A program made the position numbers and the translations under genes. This document shows positions 40,991 to 50,425 of a stretch of 64,000 nt of DNA, in pieces (the first letter of the stretch is position 1; every line of letters starts with the position of its first letter). This stretch comes from an uncultured Gammaproteobacteria bacterium. Lineage in GTDB: Bacteria; Pseudomonadota; Gammaproteobacteria; CAWCPV01. The notes beneath the pieces were generated by a model that did not search any database, was not told the DNA's origin, and saw only the letters and a list, made by a program, of their open reading frames with translations. The stretch covers positions 64,001 through 128,000 of the forward strand of contig CAWCPV010000005.1 in assembly GCA_963797555.1 (NCBI GenBank). The letters are read 5' to 3'.

Positions 40991-42445
40991 ATGACCATCG
41001 ACTGGAAAGACTACCCGGTCAGCGGTCTGTATGACGAGTTGATCCGGTCTGCCGGCAGGCCCCGGACCGAAGCGGCGCCGCTGTGCCGTTTTCTCGCCGC
41101 GCTCGACGACCCGGAGTTGGTCGCGGTGCAGGCGGCTGCGGAGCTGGCCATCAAGGAGATGGGCGTCACCTTCACGGTCTACGGGGAGGAGGGCGGCTCC
41201 ATCGACCGGGCCTGGCCGTTCGACATCATCCCGCGGGTAATGTCCAGGCGCGAATGGGAGCGCACGGAGGCGGGGCTGAAACAGCGGGTGCAGACCCTCA
41301 ACCTGTTCATCGACGACATCTACCACGATCAGCGGATCGTGAAGGACGGGGTCTTTCCCGCCGAGGTTCTGGCGGAGTCCAAGAATTTCCGACCCCAATG
41401 CGTGGGTGTAGATCCGCCGCTGCGTATCTGGGCCCACATCTGCGGCTCGGACCTGGTACGCGACAAGGATGGCAGCTTGTACGTGCTGGAGGACAACCTG
41501 CGCGTCCCATCGGGCGTCTCCTACATGCTGGAAAACCGCTTGGTGATGAAGCGCGTGTTCCCCGAGCTATTCGAGAACTACCAGATCCTGCCGGTGGACG
41601 ATTACCCCTCGCAGCTCTTCGACACGCTGGCGGCGCTTTCCCCGCGCCCGGCCGAGATCCCGGAGGTGGTTGTGCTCACACCGGGGATCTACAACTCGGC
41701 CTATTTCGAGCACGCCTATCTCGCCCAGCAGATGGGCTGCGAGCTGGTCGAGGGACGCGACCTCGTGGCCGGGGACGACGACTGCGTGCACATGCGCACT
41801 ATCGAGGGCCTGGCCCGAGTCGATGTCATCTACCGGCGCATCGACGACCTGTTCGTGGATCCGGAGGCCTTCAGGCCCGACTCCGCTCTGGGTGTCCCGG
41901 GGCTGCTGCGGGCCTGGAAAAAAGGCAATGTGACGCTCGCCAACGCACCGGGCGCCGGGGTGGCGGACGACAAGGTGGTTTACACCTTCGTCCCCAAGAT
42001 GATTCGCTATTACCTCGACGAGGATCCCATCCTCCCCAATGTGCCGAGCTACCTGTGCACGGACGAGAAGGAACGGGAACACGTCCTGAGCCACCTCGAT
42101 ACCCTGGTGGTAAAACCCGCCAATGAATCAGGGGGTTATGGCATGCTCGTCGGGCCGGCCGCATCGCGCAAGGAGCGAGAACGTTTCGCGGAGCTCATCC
42201 AGCAGGACCCGAGGAATTACATCGCCCAGCCTGTCCTCACCCTGTCCACGGTGCCCACCCTGATTCACGACCACGCGGAGCCCCGGCACGTCGATCTCAG
42301 GCCGTTCATCTTGTCTAGCGACAAGGTCTACGTGACCACGGGGGGTTTGACGCGCGTCGCCTTGCGCAAGGGGTCGCTCGTGGTCAACTCTTCCCAGGGC
42401 GGAGGCAGCAAGGACACGTGGATCGTCGACGGGGAGGCCGGCTGA
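40991..42445 (+). CDS. Circularly permuted ATP-grasp type 2 protein
   Basis: GVTFTVY, PFDIIPR, VLEDNLRVPSGVSY, LTPGIYNSAYFEH, DVIYRRIDD, GVADDK, SGGYG, GGLTRVAL...VVNSSQGGGSKDTW. Confidence 0.93.
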   Translation: MTIDWKDYPVSGLYDELIRSAGRPRTEAAPLCRFLAALDDPELVAVQAAAELAIKEMGVTFTVYGEEGGSIDRAWPFDIIPRVMSRREWERTEAGLKQRVQTLNLFIDDIYHDQRIVKDGVFPAEVLAESKNFRPQCVGVDPPLRIWAHICGSDLVRDKDGSLYVLEDNLRVPSGVSYMLENRLVMKRVFPELFENYQILPVDDYPSQLFDTLAALSPRPAEIPEVVVLTPGIYNSAYFEHAYLAQQMGCELVEGRDLVAGDDDCVHMRTIEGLARVDVIYRRIDDLFVDPEAFRPDSALGVPGLLRAWKKGNVTLANAPGAGVADDKVVYTFVPKMIRYYLDEDPILPNVPSYLCTDEKEREHVLSHLDTLVVKPANESGGYGMLVGPAASRKERERFAELIQQDPRNYIAQPVLTLSTVPTLIHDHAEPRHVDLRPFILSSDKVYVTTGGLTRVALRKGSLVVNSSQGGGSKDTWIVDGEAG

Positions 42446-42446
42446 C

Positions 42447-43400
42447 GTGCTGTCGCGCGTTGCTGAGAACATCTACTGGACGGCGCGCTACTTCGAGCGC
42501 GCGGAGAACACCGCTCGCATCATCAATGTCAACGCCAACCTGCTGCTCGACCTGCCGAAAGGAATCGCGCCGGGCTGGGCACCGCTCATCGCCATCATGG
42601 GAAGCTCCGATCTTTACCGGGAACGCTACGGGGACTGCGAGGAACGCAATGTCCTGAAGTTTCTGGTAGGCGACGCAGAGAATCCCGGCTCTATTTTCAG
42701 TTCCCTGGCGCTCGCCCGAGAAAACGCCCGTACCATCCGCGACTTCGTCCCCCGCGAGGTCTGGGAGCACATCAACGAGATCTACCTCTATGCGCGGGAC
42801 AACGTCCAGACCGGGCTCGCCAAGCGGGGCCGCTATCACTATCTCAAACAGATCATCCTCGGCGCCCAGACCCTGACCGGAATGCTGGCCGGGACGATGA
42901 ATCACGACGCAGGTTATGAGTTCCTGCGCATCGGTCGGAACCTGGAGCGGGCGGACATGACGACCCGCCTAGTGGATGTGCGGTCGGCGACTCTGCTGCC
43001 GGAGCAGGCGGGGCTGCGCCCGTTCGAGACTATCCAGTGGATGAGCGTGCTGAAGTCCCTGACCGGTTATCAGATGTACCGGCGCAAAATGCAAGTGCGG
43101 GTGCGCCGGGACGACGTGCTGCGCTTTCTGTTCCAGGACCGTGATTTCCCGCGGGCTTTCTACCACTGCGCCGGTCAGGTGGAGCAGTCCCTGAACGCAT
43201 TGGGCCGCAACGAGGGTCCCCTGCGCGTTGTGGGGCGTGTCAAGCGATTGGTTCTGAACGCGGATCTGGCAACGCTGGGGCAGAGCGAGGTCCACCAGCT
43301 CATCGATCAGCTTCAGATTGGCCTTCGGGACCTGCACGACGAGATCGTCCGGGCCTATTTTGTCATTCCCGTCGCGATGACTCAGGTCCAGGCTGCATAG
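42447..43400 (+). CDS. Alpha-E domain protein
   Basis: MLSRVAENIYW..RY.ERAEN.AR, ARENAR.IR, G..LERADMTTR, FPRA; adjacent to the CP-ATP-grasp gene. Confidence 0.92.
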   Translation: MLSRVAENIYWTARYFERAENTARIINVNANLLLDLPKGIAPGWAPLIAIMGSSDLYRERYGDCEERNVLKFLVGDAENPGSIFSSLALARENARTIRDFVPREVWEHINEIYLYARDNVQTGLAKRGRYHYLKQIILGAQTLTGMLAGTMNHDAGYEFLRIGRNLERADMTTRLVDVRSATLLPEQAGLRPFETIQWMSVLKSLTGYQMYRRKMQVRVRRDDVLRFLFQDRDFPRAFYHCAGQVEQSLNALGRNEGPLRVVGRVKRLVLNADLATLGQSEVHQLIDQLQIGLRDLHDEIVRAYFVIPVAMTQVQAA

Positions 43401-43460
43401 CCCCGTTGAGACTCGCCGAGCGGCGCGGCGGATGCCGAGACCCGATGCCGCTCGAGGACC

Positions 43461-43753
43461 GAGCGATTGTAAACCGATCTGCTGCGCGTCCTGATAGCAA
43501 CGTTGCGCGGTGGTCATGGCGTACCTCCTGTACGCCACCCTTTCGGGGCGTCCTGCGGACGTGCCGAATAGCTGTCCTGCCATTCGGTCATGGCGTACCT
43601 CCCTGTACGCCACCCTTTTGGGCGTCCGGCGGAACTGCCGAATGGCTGTCCTGCCATTCGGTCGCTCCCCCCGCCTATCGACTCGATAGGTTTCGTCGCT
43701 GCGCCTCGTGCGCCGCGCTCTCCGGGCCGCTCGCGACGATTTCTTCACAAGAC
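43461..43753. repeat. MITE/REPIN-like element copy 2 containing two tandem 74-bp hairpin units (43516-43589, 43590-43663)
   Basis: Ends match 292-429 (ttgt..gatctgctgcg; cgcctatc..gatagg; tcgcgacgattt..acaag). Internal tandem unit atggcgtac...gtacgcca...ccgaat..gc...gccattcggtc. Confidence 0.8.
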
Positions 43754-44008
43754 TTCATACCCCACGGGGGCACCACACGGCATGAAATGGGGATAAGCTG
43801 ACGGGCGGCGGGACCAGCCCGTTCACGTTGCTGCCTGAGCCACCATATTTCCAAGTCAGCTCCGAGGCATAGCCGTAGCCCTACAAGACCAACGGTGGCA
43901 GTCAACTACTGTTCTTGGTATCCTGGTCGCAAACCACGTATTGCGCAATGGTACGAGCGTCCAAAGCGCGTCGTCGGCGGTGGGCAGAGACAAGGAGAGG
44001 CTTCGGGC

Positions 44009-44470
44009 ATGAGCGATCTGCGTACACTCTACGAAGAGGTGATCCTGGATCACAACCGCAACCCGCGAAATTACCCCAAGCGGCCGGAAGGTGCCAACTA
44101 CAGCTCTCACGGGTTCAATCCACTGTGCGGCGACGAGTTCCGCGTTCATCTCAGGGTGGATGACGACGGGGTCATCGAGGATGTCGGCTTCGAGGGTGGG
44201 GGCTGTGCCATCTCCACGGCGTCGGCCTCCATGATGACCGAGGCCATAAAGGGCAAGACCGTCGAACAGGCGGAAGCCCTGTTCGAGCAAGTGCACGACG
44301 TGCTCACCCGTGAAGGGGAGGGTATGGGGGGCCGGTCCGATCTCATGGGTAAGCTGTCCGTGTTGGTCGGCGTGAAGGACTATCCGCTGCGCGTGAAATG
44401 CGCCACCCTCTCCTGGCACACCATGCACGCGGCCCTCAAGGGCCATCACGCCACGGTCACGACCGAATAA
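44009..44470 (+). CDS. sufU: SUF system NifU-family Fe-S protein SufU
   Basis: LYEEVILDH..NPRN, NPLCGD, GCAISTASASMM, RVKCATL.WH. Confidence 0.9.
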   Translation: MSDLRTLYEEVILDHNRNPRNYPKRPEGANYSSHGFNPLCGDEFRVHLRVDDDGVIEDVGFEGGGCAISTASASMMTEAIKGKTVEQAEALFEQVHDVLTREGEGMGGRSDLMGKLSVLVGVKDYPLRVKCATLSWHTMHAALKGHHATVTTE

Positions 44471-44719
44471 TCTCTGTTTGGCACGGCCGCCTGCCCGCTC
44501 ATCTTCCGCCTCGACCCTACCGATCCGCCCAGTGCTGGAGCCCGTCCCGGAGGCTAGGGGCGCCACCACCTCGCCGCCGTTTTCCCGGGATTTCATTCCC
44601 TTGGGTGGCCGGCTCGCTGCCGCGATTGGCCCGGCCCACGCCGGCCGCGCTCCCTTGAGGCGTGACCCGGCCACGCGCGGGCAGCGGTCCTCGGCATGCA
44701 CCGCCAAGGTTTCCATCTG

Positions 44720-45601
44720 ATGGTCGTGCTGGAGGCAAGGCAGCTCGTCAAGCGCTACAAGCGCATCACTGCGGTCGATGGCATCAGCCTGGCCATCGCC
44801 AGAGGGCATTGCTTCGGACTGCTGGGTCCGAACGGCGCGGGCAAGACCACCAGCGTCGAGATGCTGGAGGGCATCAGTCGCCCGACGGCTGGCGCGGTTC
44901 TCTACAAGGGCCGACCCCTGGGAAGGAGGTTCCGCACCGAGGCCGGCATCATGTTCCAATTCACCGCGCTGCAGGACTTCGTCACTGTGCGCGAAACGCT
45001 GGAGATGTTTCGGTCCTTCTACGATAAGCCAGCGCCACTCGAGGATCTGATCGCCGCTTGCGCTTTGGGGGATCTGCTGGACCGTGACACACGGCGCCTC
45101 TCTGGAGGCCAGCGTCAACGGCTGCTGCTCGCCATCGCGCTAGCCAATGACCCTGACGTGCTGTTCTTGGACGAGCCCACAACCGGGCTCGATCCGCAGG
45201 CGCGGCGCAACTTTTGGGAGCTGATCGGCAGCATCAAGGCACGCGGCAAGACCATCGTGCTGACGACGCACTACATGGAGGAGGCGTACGTGCTCTGCGA
45301 TGAGATCGCCATCATGGACCACGGCAGGATCATCGCCCAGGGCTCCCCCCGGCAACTGCTGGCAGAGCACTTCGACAACGTCATCCTGCAGCTCCCCGCG
45401 GACGAGGTTCGGGATCTGCGTAGCGAGCTGCCGGCTGCAGTGCTGAGGAGCCAGGATACCGTGGAGCTGTCGACTGCGGACGTGACCGAGACCATCCGCA
45501 GGCTGCTCGCCATGGGGGTTTCCTTGGCGCGCCTGCGCATTCGCAGCCGCAACCTGGAAGACCTGTTCCTGGAGCTGACCGGACGGGAGCTGCGCCCCTG
45601 A
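44720..45601 (+). CDS. ABC-2 exporter ATP-binding protein
   Basis: GPNGAGKTT, LSGGQRQR, LFLDEPTTGLDP, TTHYMEEA. Confidence 0.93.
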   Translation: MVVLEARQLVKRYKRITAVDGISLAIARGHCFGLLGPNGAGKTTSVEMLEGISRPTAGAVLYKGRPLGRRFRTEAGIMFQFTALQDFVTVRETLEMFRSFYDKPAPLEDLIAACALGDLLDRDTRRLSGGQRQRLLLAIALANDPDVLFLDEPTTGLDPQARRNFWELIGSIKARGKTIVLTTHYMEEAYVLCDEIAIMDHGRIIAQGSPRQLLAEHFDNVILQLPADEVRDLRSELPAAVLRSQDTVELSTADVTETIRRLLAMGVSLARLRIRSRNLEDLFLELTGRELRP

Positions 45602-45621
45602 GTCCCAGACGCATTCTGGCG

Positions 45622-46611
45622 GTGCTGCGCACGCGCAACCAGGAGTTCTTGCGCGATCGTTCCGCCCTGGCGTGGAACATCCTGTTGCCGGTGTTCATCA
45701 TCGTGGGGTTTGCGTTCGCGTTCGCAGGCGATCGCCTGGATCTGTACAAGGTCGGGGTCTATCCGGGCGTCCCGCGGCAGGCGGGTGCAGACCGGCCCGC
45801 CTTCTTCCGCACTGCCCACCTGCAGTTTCTGCCGGTTAACGACCTGCATGCGGGCACCATCAAGGTTCAGCGCCACCAACTGGACATGCTGGTAGACCCC
45901 GGCGCGCGCCGATTCTGGGTGAACGACAGTTCGCCGCGGGGATACATCCTGGAGCGCGTGCTGCGCGGTACGGGGGGTGCCGCATTCCGGAAGCAGACAT
46001 TGAGCGGGCGACCGATCCGCTACGTCGACTGGCTGGTGCCCGGGGTGCTCGCCATGAACATGATGTTCAGCGCGCTGTTCGGCGTTGGGTACGTGATCGT
46101 GCGTTACCGCAAGAACGGAGTCCTCAAACGGCTGAGCGCCACGCCGCTGACCGCGTTGGAGTTCCTGGCGGCGCAGGTGGTGTCTCGGCTTTGGCTGATT
46201 GTGGCGATCAACGTGCTGGTATTCGTGGGTACCGATCTCCTCGTCGGCTTCACGATGTTCGGTTCTTATGTGGATCTGCTGGTGGTATTCACGGTCGGCG
46301 CCCTCAGCCTCGTCAGCCTCGGGCTCCTGGTGGCCGCCCGCACTTCCAGCGAAGAGCTGGCCGGTGGCCTGCTGAACGCCATCAGTTGGCCGATGATGTT
46401 CCTCTCCGGCGTATGGTTCTCCCTGGAGGGGGTCTACCCCTGGCTGCGCAAGCTCGCACTCGTCTTGCCGCTCACCCACGTGATCGACGCAGCGCGCGCC
46501 GTCATGATCGACGGCGCGGGGATCGCGGCAGTGTCCGGGCACCTGCTCGTTCTCCTCGCCATGACCGCGCTGTTTCTGGCGATAGGCGCCTACTTCTTCC
46601 GGTGGCAGTGA
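45622..46611 (+). CDS. ABC-2 exporter permease
   Basis: RYVDWLVPGVL, LKRL.ATP, FLSGVWF, PLTH..DAAR; multiple TM helices. Confidence 0.9.
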   Translation: MLRTRNQEFLRDRSALAWNILLPVFIIVGFAFAFAGDRLDLYKVGVYPGVPRQAGADRPAFFRTAHLQFLPVNDLHAGTIKVQRHQLDMLVDPGARRFWVNDSSPRGYILERVLRGTGGAAFRKQTLSGRPIRYVDWLVPGVLAMNMMFSALFGVGYVIVRYRKNGVLKRLSATPLTALEFLAAQVVSRLWLIVAINVLVFVGTDLLVGFTMFGSYVDLLVVFTVGALSLVSLGLLVAARTSSEELAGGLLNAISWPMMFLSGVWFSLEGVYPWLRKLALVLPLTHVIDAARAVMIDGAGIAAVSGHLLVLLAMTALFLAIGAYFFRWQ

Positions 46612-47163
46612 GCTGATACGGCTTCCGGGCTTGCGTCGGACAGCGCCCGGACGGGTGTGCGTCCGCGCCGACCGTTCAAAGGCTGCTGTATCATCAGCCA
46701 AGTCCACGAATGCACCGCAGAACCGACACCCAGAGAGCCAGCGGACGAGGTGGCGGAGTCTTTCAAGGCGCTGATCGGCGAGGCCCCGAGACCAGGGCGC
46801 AGGGCCGAGCCATACCCAGTCAGGCGAGGAGCGCACCGTACCGGGACGTACAACAGATTCATTCACAAGGTCCGAATGCAGGGAGTCACGATGAGCGGCA
46901 TACGCCGGCACATTCATGGCCCCGGTGTCCCCAGCCGCTCGGCGAGTCAGGATTGGACTCGCGCGAGGGCCTCGGGTCGGTCCGCAGGTTTAGCGTGCGG
47001 GGAAGGCTTGGGATGATGTCAAGGATGATGTCAAAGCACCAGCCGCGTGCGTTCCGTGATCTCCGAGAGGCACGCGGAGCATAGGCGGTTTAGTTTATAG
47101 TCCTGCATTCGGCACGGTATGCGAAAAAGGATTCTCTCAGGGGCCAGGATCTGCTCATACCAC

Positions 47164-47853
47164 ATGCACGCCAGGAGCCACGCCCAACTCGCCGGACCCC
47201 TTCTCTGCACGCTGGCGTTGCTCCTTGCCTCTCCGTCCTGGCCGGAGATCCAGCATCCGCCGTCGCCCCCGGCTGCGGCCGAGCTGCCGGAGAGCTGTCG
47301 GACCGGCTGCGCCACGCGGTACGGCGAGGTGCTGGGGGTGGCTTCCGGTGGCGTCACGGCGTACTCGAACTGCAGCGCCCGCTGCGTTGTGCCGGAGCCG
47401 AACAGACTGAACGGCAGGTACACCGGGCTCAGGTGGCAATGCGTCGAGTTTGCGCGCAGGTGGCTGCTCGAGACCCGGGGCGTCGTCTATGGCGATGTCG
47501 ACGTCGCCGCAGACATCTGGAGTAAGACAACTACGGTCACACGGATCGCCGACGGCCAGCGGCTCCCGTTTCGTGCCCACCTGAACGGCTCGACTGAGCC
47601 GCCCAAGGTCGGTGACCTGCTGGTGTACTCGAGGGAGTTCCTGAACACCGGCCATGTGGCCGTGGTGACGGCCGTGGACCGCGAGGTGGATCGCATCGAG
47701 GTTGCGGAGCAGAATTTCCGCAACGAGAAATGGCCCGACAGCTACGCGAGACCCATCGACGTGGTCAAGAAGGGGGGGAGATTCTGGGTCCTCGACCCCT
47801 ACCTCATCGGGTGGAAACGCGTTGCGAGTGACGGCACCGAGCAGGGTCCGTGA
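47164..47853 (+). CDS. Secreted CHAP-domain amidase (similar to the glutathionylspermidine amidase domain)
   Basis: Signal peptide, YGEVLG...V.AYSN, TGLRWQCVEFARRWL, GHVAVV, VAEQN. Confidence 0.85.
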   Translation: MHARSHAQLAGPLLCTLALLLASPSWPEIQHPPSPPAAAELPESCRTGCATRYGEVLGVASGGVTAYSNCSARCVVPEPNRLNGRYTGLRWQCVEFARRWLLETRGVVYGDVDVAADIWSKTTTVTRIADGQRLPFRAHLNGSTEPPKVGDLLVYSREFLNTGHVAVVTAVDREVDRIEVAEQNFRNEKWPDSYARPIDVVKKGGRFWVLDPYLIGWKRVASDGTEQGP

Positions 47854-47958
47854 CTCAAAGAACGTGAGGTAGATCGCTCCCGGCTCTCAGTCCGGAACTC
47901 TGCGCCAGCGCGGGCCACCCCTGTGTTCAAGCCTTCCCGCGTTCCAGTGATCAGCCGA

Positions 47959-49470
47959 TCAGCGATCAGCGTTCGAGGAAATGGGGGACGAACACACCAA
48001 CCGAAAACCGAGAGGGCCGTTGCGGCTACCGGGGGCGCCGTGGTTGCGGAAAGCCGCGTGCGCGTAGGCCTGGCTGAAGTTCCAGGAGCCGCCGCGCACC
48101 ACCCGGGGCTCCTCCGGCGTCCGCGGAAAGCCCACATCGTCGGGATGCTCGAATGCGTTGAGACACCAATCCCAGAGCGTACCCGCCATGTCCAGCGAGC
48201 CGACCGGCGAGGCACCGTGGGGATACAGACCGACCGCCGTCGCCCCGCCGAGATCGCTCTCGTAGGTGTTCGCCCGCCAGGGCTCTGCCTTCGGGTCCCA
48301 ATCGCCACCCCAGGGGTAGCTTCGGCCCGGTTCGCCGCCGGTTGCGGCGAGCTGCCACTCGAACTCGGTCGGGAGCCGAATCTCGTAGCCGCGAGCACTC
48401 GCTCGCCCACTCGCAGAAGGCCATGGCGTCGTACCAGGCGACCGAGTCGGCCGGATAGCTGGGGTGGCGCGCGAGATGTTCGGGCGCCGGATAATCTTTC
48501 GACTCGGCGAGGAAGGTGGACCGCCAGCGGCCGCCCGCATAGCAGGCGTCCACGAAGGCCCGGAACTGGCAGACGGTGACCGGATAACGCGCCATCTCGA
48601 AAGGTTCCACCGTTCGAGTCAGGGTGCGGGCCACCGCCGAGTTCGGATTGTCCGGGTTCGACCGGATCTCGATGGTGACCGATCCGCCCTCGACCGGACA
48701 CCAGGCGATGTCGGGCAGGCCGTCGGCCCGCAAACGGTTCCCTCGCGGCCGTCGCCGCGCCGGGGATCGCCGAGCAAGGCCAGGCGCGCACCCACGCCCG
48801 CTCGCGCCGCATGGCCTAGGGGCAGCCGCCAGGCTTCCCCGTACGAACCGGCGGCCTCGGCCGAGCAGAGCGGCAGCGCATTGAGCTCGTCGCGCTCGGT
48901 CGGACCCAGGAATGCGCGCACCCGCCCGGGCTCCGCCACGTCATCGAGGGACACGCCGCTCGGCGCGATCTCGCCCACGGCGTCCATGACCCGCTCCTCC
49001 GGCCAGCGGCGACTCTCGTCCTGCCGCTGGGCGTCCCATTCGCAGGCCGCGTCCTCGATCTCGAGCTCGCAGGCGCAGCGCCTTGCGATCCAGCACCAGC
49101 CACTGCCGCAGCGTGTCCCAGACGCGGAACAGGGCCTCGTGGGTGACGCTCAGGGTCTCCTCGCCGTGGTCGGCGCCGGAGACCAGCAGGCGCTGGTCGA
49201 TGAACCGCTTCAGCACCTCCGCACAGGAGGCAGGCATACCGCTCTTGCGGGCGATACGGCGGGTAAACTGGCCTTCCTCGCCCACCTGTGCGAGCCGGTA
49301 GAAGGCGCGCCGCAGGTCGCGCAGGCGGGGGCTGTCGGGCGGCAGGCCCTGGTAGCCGGTCGCCTCGAGAATCCGGTCGGCGACGTGCTTGATGGCAGCG
49401 GAGACGCCGCGGAACACGGCGACTCGGCCGCTCTCCTCGCGGACCTCCACAGGGGGGAACAGGCCCTCGT
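47959..49470 (-). pseudogene. nSTAND-type NTPase C-terminal part fused to an FGE-sulfatase/C-type-lectin-fold domain; frameshifted and 5'-truncated
   Basis: RLLVS...HEALFRVW..L..W (nSTAND wHTH), LGDPR.G...DGLPDI.W, RYPVT..QF, RLPTEFEW, YPWG, DMAG.LW.W, RVVRGGSW...GFRLV across at least four reading-frame segments. Confidence 0.85.
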
Positions 49471-49828
49471 AGCTATGATTAGGGGTATGGCGAGCCCCTG
49501 CGGATCGAACTGGCCTGCGGGCTCTACACGTCACTTCGCGCGGTGGTCGGGGCATACCAGGCTCGCTTGCAGCGGAGGACATGCTACCAGCACACATTGA
49601 CCGTCCACGGCGTGCCTGCTACCCTGCCAGTCTGGCCGGTCCGCAGACGGCCAGGAGACGGCGCGAAGAGCACCATGCCGTGCCGAGTCACGTTACGAGT
49701 CCCACTGGGAGCCAACGCGTCTACACAGAAATTGCGCGACTCCGGCGGCTGAATTCAGCAGTTTAACAAGACGTTTGTCGGCCGGTCTGTTGCCCGAACT
49801 GTAACTTTCTTCGTCAATCTCTGAGAGC

Positions 49829-50347
49829 ATGCCAAACCAGTACATCCTCCGAAGATTGAAGGGGGTTCGAGACCTCTTGATGTCCGCGTATGAGTGCGGA
49901 GGACCAATGGCTTCAGCCAGTAAGGGACAGGAGAGAGAATCTTTTGTTAGCAATTTCCTTTCTCGAATGCTCCCACCCCCATACAGGCTTGGGTCCGGGG
50001 AAGTGACGGATAGAGACGGGAATATTTCCGGACAACTGGACGTTGTGGTGGAACTACCGTTTCTGCCAAGTCTTCCAGTATTCGGTTCGTCAGGTCCACG
50101 CCTCTACTTAGCCGACGCTGTCTCCGCCGTAATAGAGGTGAAATCTGATTTGAGACGCCAATGGAGTAACGTAGAGGCAAGTTGTTCGAGCCTCAAGAAG
50201 CTAGACCGTACCCCAGGAACTTATGAGCTTCCACAGCTCCGTGGCCCGATAAACGCTGGATTGCCGCCTTCTACGACGAGGCAGAAGATACCGTTTATCG
50301 CGGTAGGATATAAGGGCATGGCGTTATACACATCTCCCCGTAGCTAG
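49829..50347 (+). CDS. DUF6602-like nuclease-fold protein, lower GC, truncated by IS4
   Basis: KGQERE.FV..FL...LP..Y..GSGEV.D..G..SGQLDVVV, AVIEVKS. The ORF runs into the IS end at 50317. Confidence 0.65.
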   Translation: MPNQYILRRLKGVRDLLMSAYECGGPMASASKGQERESFVSNFLSRMLPPPYRLGSGEVTDRDGNISGQLDVVVELPFLPSLPVFGSSGPRLYLADAVSAVIEVKSDLRRQWSNVEASCSSLKKLDRTPGTYELPQLRGPINAGLPPSTTRQKIPFIAVGYKGMALYTSPRS

Positions 50348-50425
50348 GGCTGCTGCCCCTCTGGACACAGCCCCCGGAAGCTGATTCAATGCCCCCATCG
50401 TTCACCAGGTGACGAGGGGGAGCAG

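Noticed and set aside
43516-43663. Possible CRISPR array
   Set aside because: Only two contiguous 74-bp units with no unique spacers, and no cas genes
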